From the NCBI GenBank assembly GCA_963643985.1, contig CAVINP010000001.1:34-64033 (forward strand): a stretch of 64,000 bases of DNA, written 5' to 3'. Made by a program: the position numbers and the translations under genes. Origin of the DNA: a bacterium. GTDB taxonomy: Bacteria; Bacillota; Clostridia; Christensenellales; Aristaeellaceae. Each line of letters opens with the position of its first letter. The first letter of the stretch is position 1. Positions 63,760 to 64,000 of the stretch are shown one piece after another. The notes below the pieces were generated by a model. The model saw only the letters and a program-made list of their open reading frames with translations, made no database searches and was not told the DNA's origin.

Positions 63760-63999
63760 TTATTCCGGAATGAAGCGGATCAGCACCGTTCCCAAGCCTG
63801 CTTCCGTGATCGTTATATCCGTCCGGCTGACCGTAGCAGTCAATGCGTATGTCGCTGCCGTTTTCAACGCGTAGATGTGATAGCTTCGCGCCCCGTCAGT
63901 GGGTGAACCGAACCTGCCGTAGTCAAACTCTTGCACGTAGACCTGCGCAAGACATAAATCGTTGTAGAACGTCAACATCATCAGCGCCAAACACAGCAA
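63760..63999 (-). CDS. 3' part of an ORF that runs off the window (unknown function)
   Basis: Open frame to the window edge, co-oriented and 13 nt upstream of the zinc-ribbon gene. The track's 'M' start is a TTG at the edge. Confidence 0.3.
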   Translation of the reverse strand: MLCLALMMLTFYNDLCLAQVYVQEFDYGRFGSPTDGARSYHIYALKTAATYALTATVSRTDITITEAGLGTVLIRFIPE

Positions 64000-64000
64000 C

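Overview
GC-rich chromosomal segment (GC not computed) with Gram-positive, Clostridia-like features: GGAGG ribosome-binding sites, lipoprotein-type solute-binding proteins, YesM/YesN-type sensors and a RelP/Q-type small alarmone synthetase. I found no rRNA, tRNA, CRISPR array, transposase or phage genes. Main blocks, left to right: (1) 63-4677, a binding-protein + YesM-like kinase + YesN-like regulator sensor. (2) 5125-21214, a tightly packed 15-gene plus-strand operon: XylFGH-like ABC importer, two TIM-barrel isomerases, an enolase-superfamily dehydratase, three Zn-dependent alcohol dehydrogenases (Zn-ADH), two aldehyde dehydrogenases (ALDH), a DapA-family enzyme, a class II aldolase and an MFS transporter. 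It encodes no kinase, which suggests an uncharacterised oxidative sugar, polyol or sugar-acid pathway. (3) 21274-23324, a three-gene LXG/WXG-like toxin cassette with an HExxH zincin C-terminal domain. This is the most accessory-looking locus. (4) Small alarmone synthetase, an OmpR/kinase pair and a HAD hydrolase. (5) Zinc-ribbon/peptidoglycan-binding envelope proteins, galM, gltX, a MATE transporter and a GH25 lysozyme. (6) A cellobiose/cellodextrin module: GH94 phosphorylase, GH1 beta-glucosidase, LacI regulator, and an ABC binding protein with two permeases. (7) 47662-55993, a two-component-controlled MacB-type ABC exporter with one canonical and two paralogous secreted HlyD-like adaptor proteins plus a Pro/Thr/Glu-rich secreted protein. 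(8) A BspA-type LRR/Big_2 surface protein, a NADAR protein, a psicose/tagatose 3-epimerase homologue and a YdjG/YdjI-like SPFH module. Intergenic DNA carries at least three families of short structured repeats. These include two 100% identical 165-bp MITE-like copies 29 kb apart. Many long antisense or out-of-frame ORFs in the track are GC-driven artefacts. All functional calls rest on motif recognition by eye and need HMM or BLAST confirmation.
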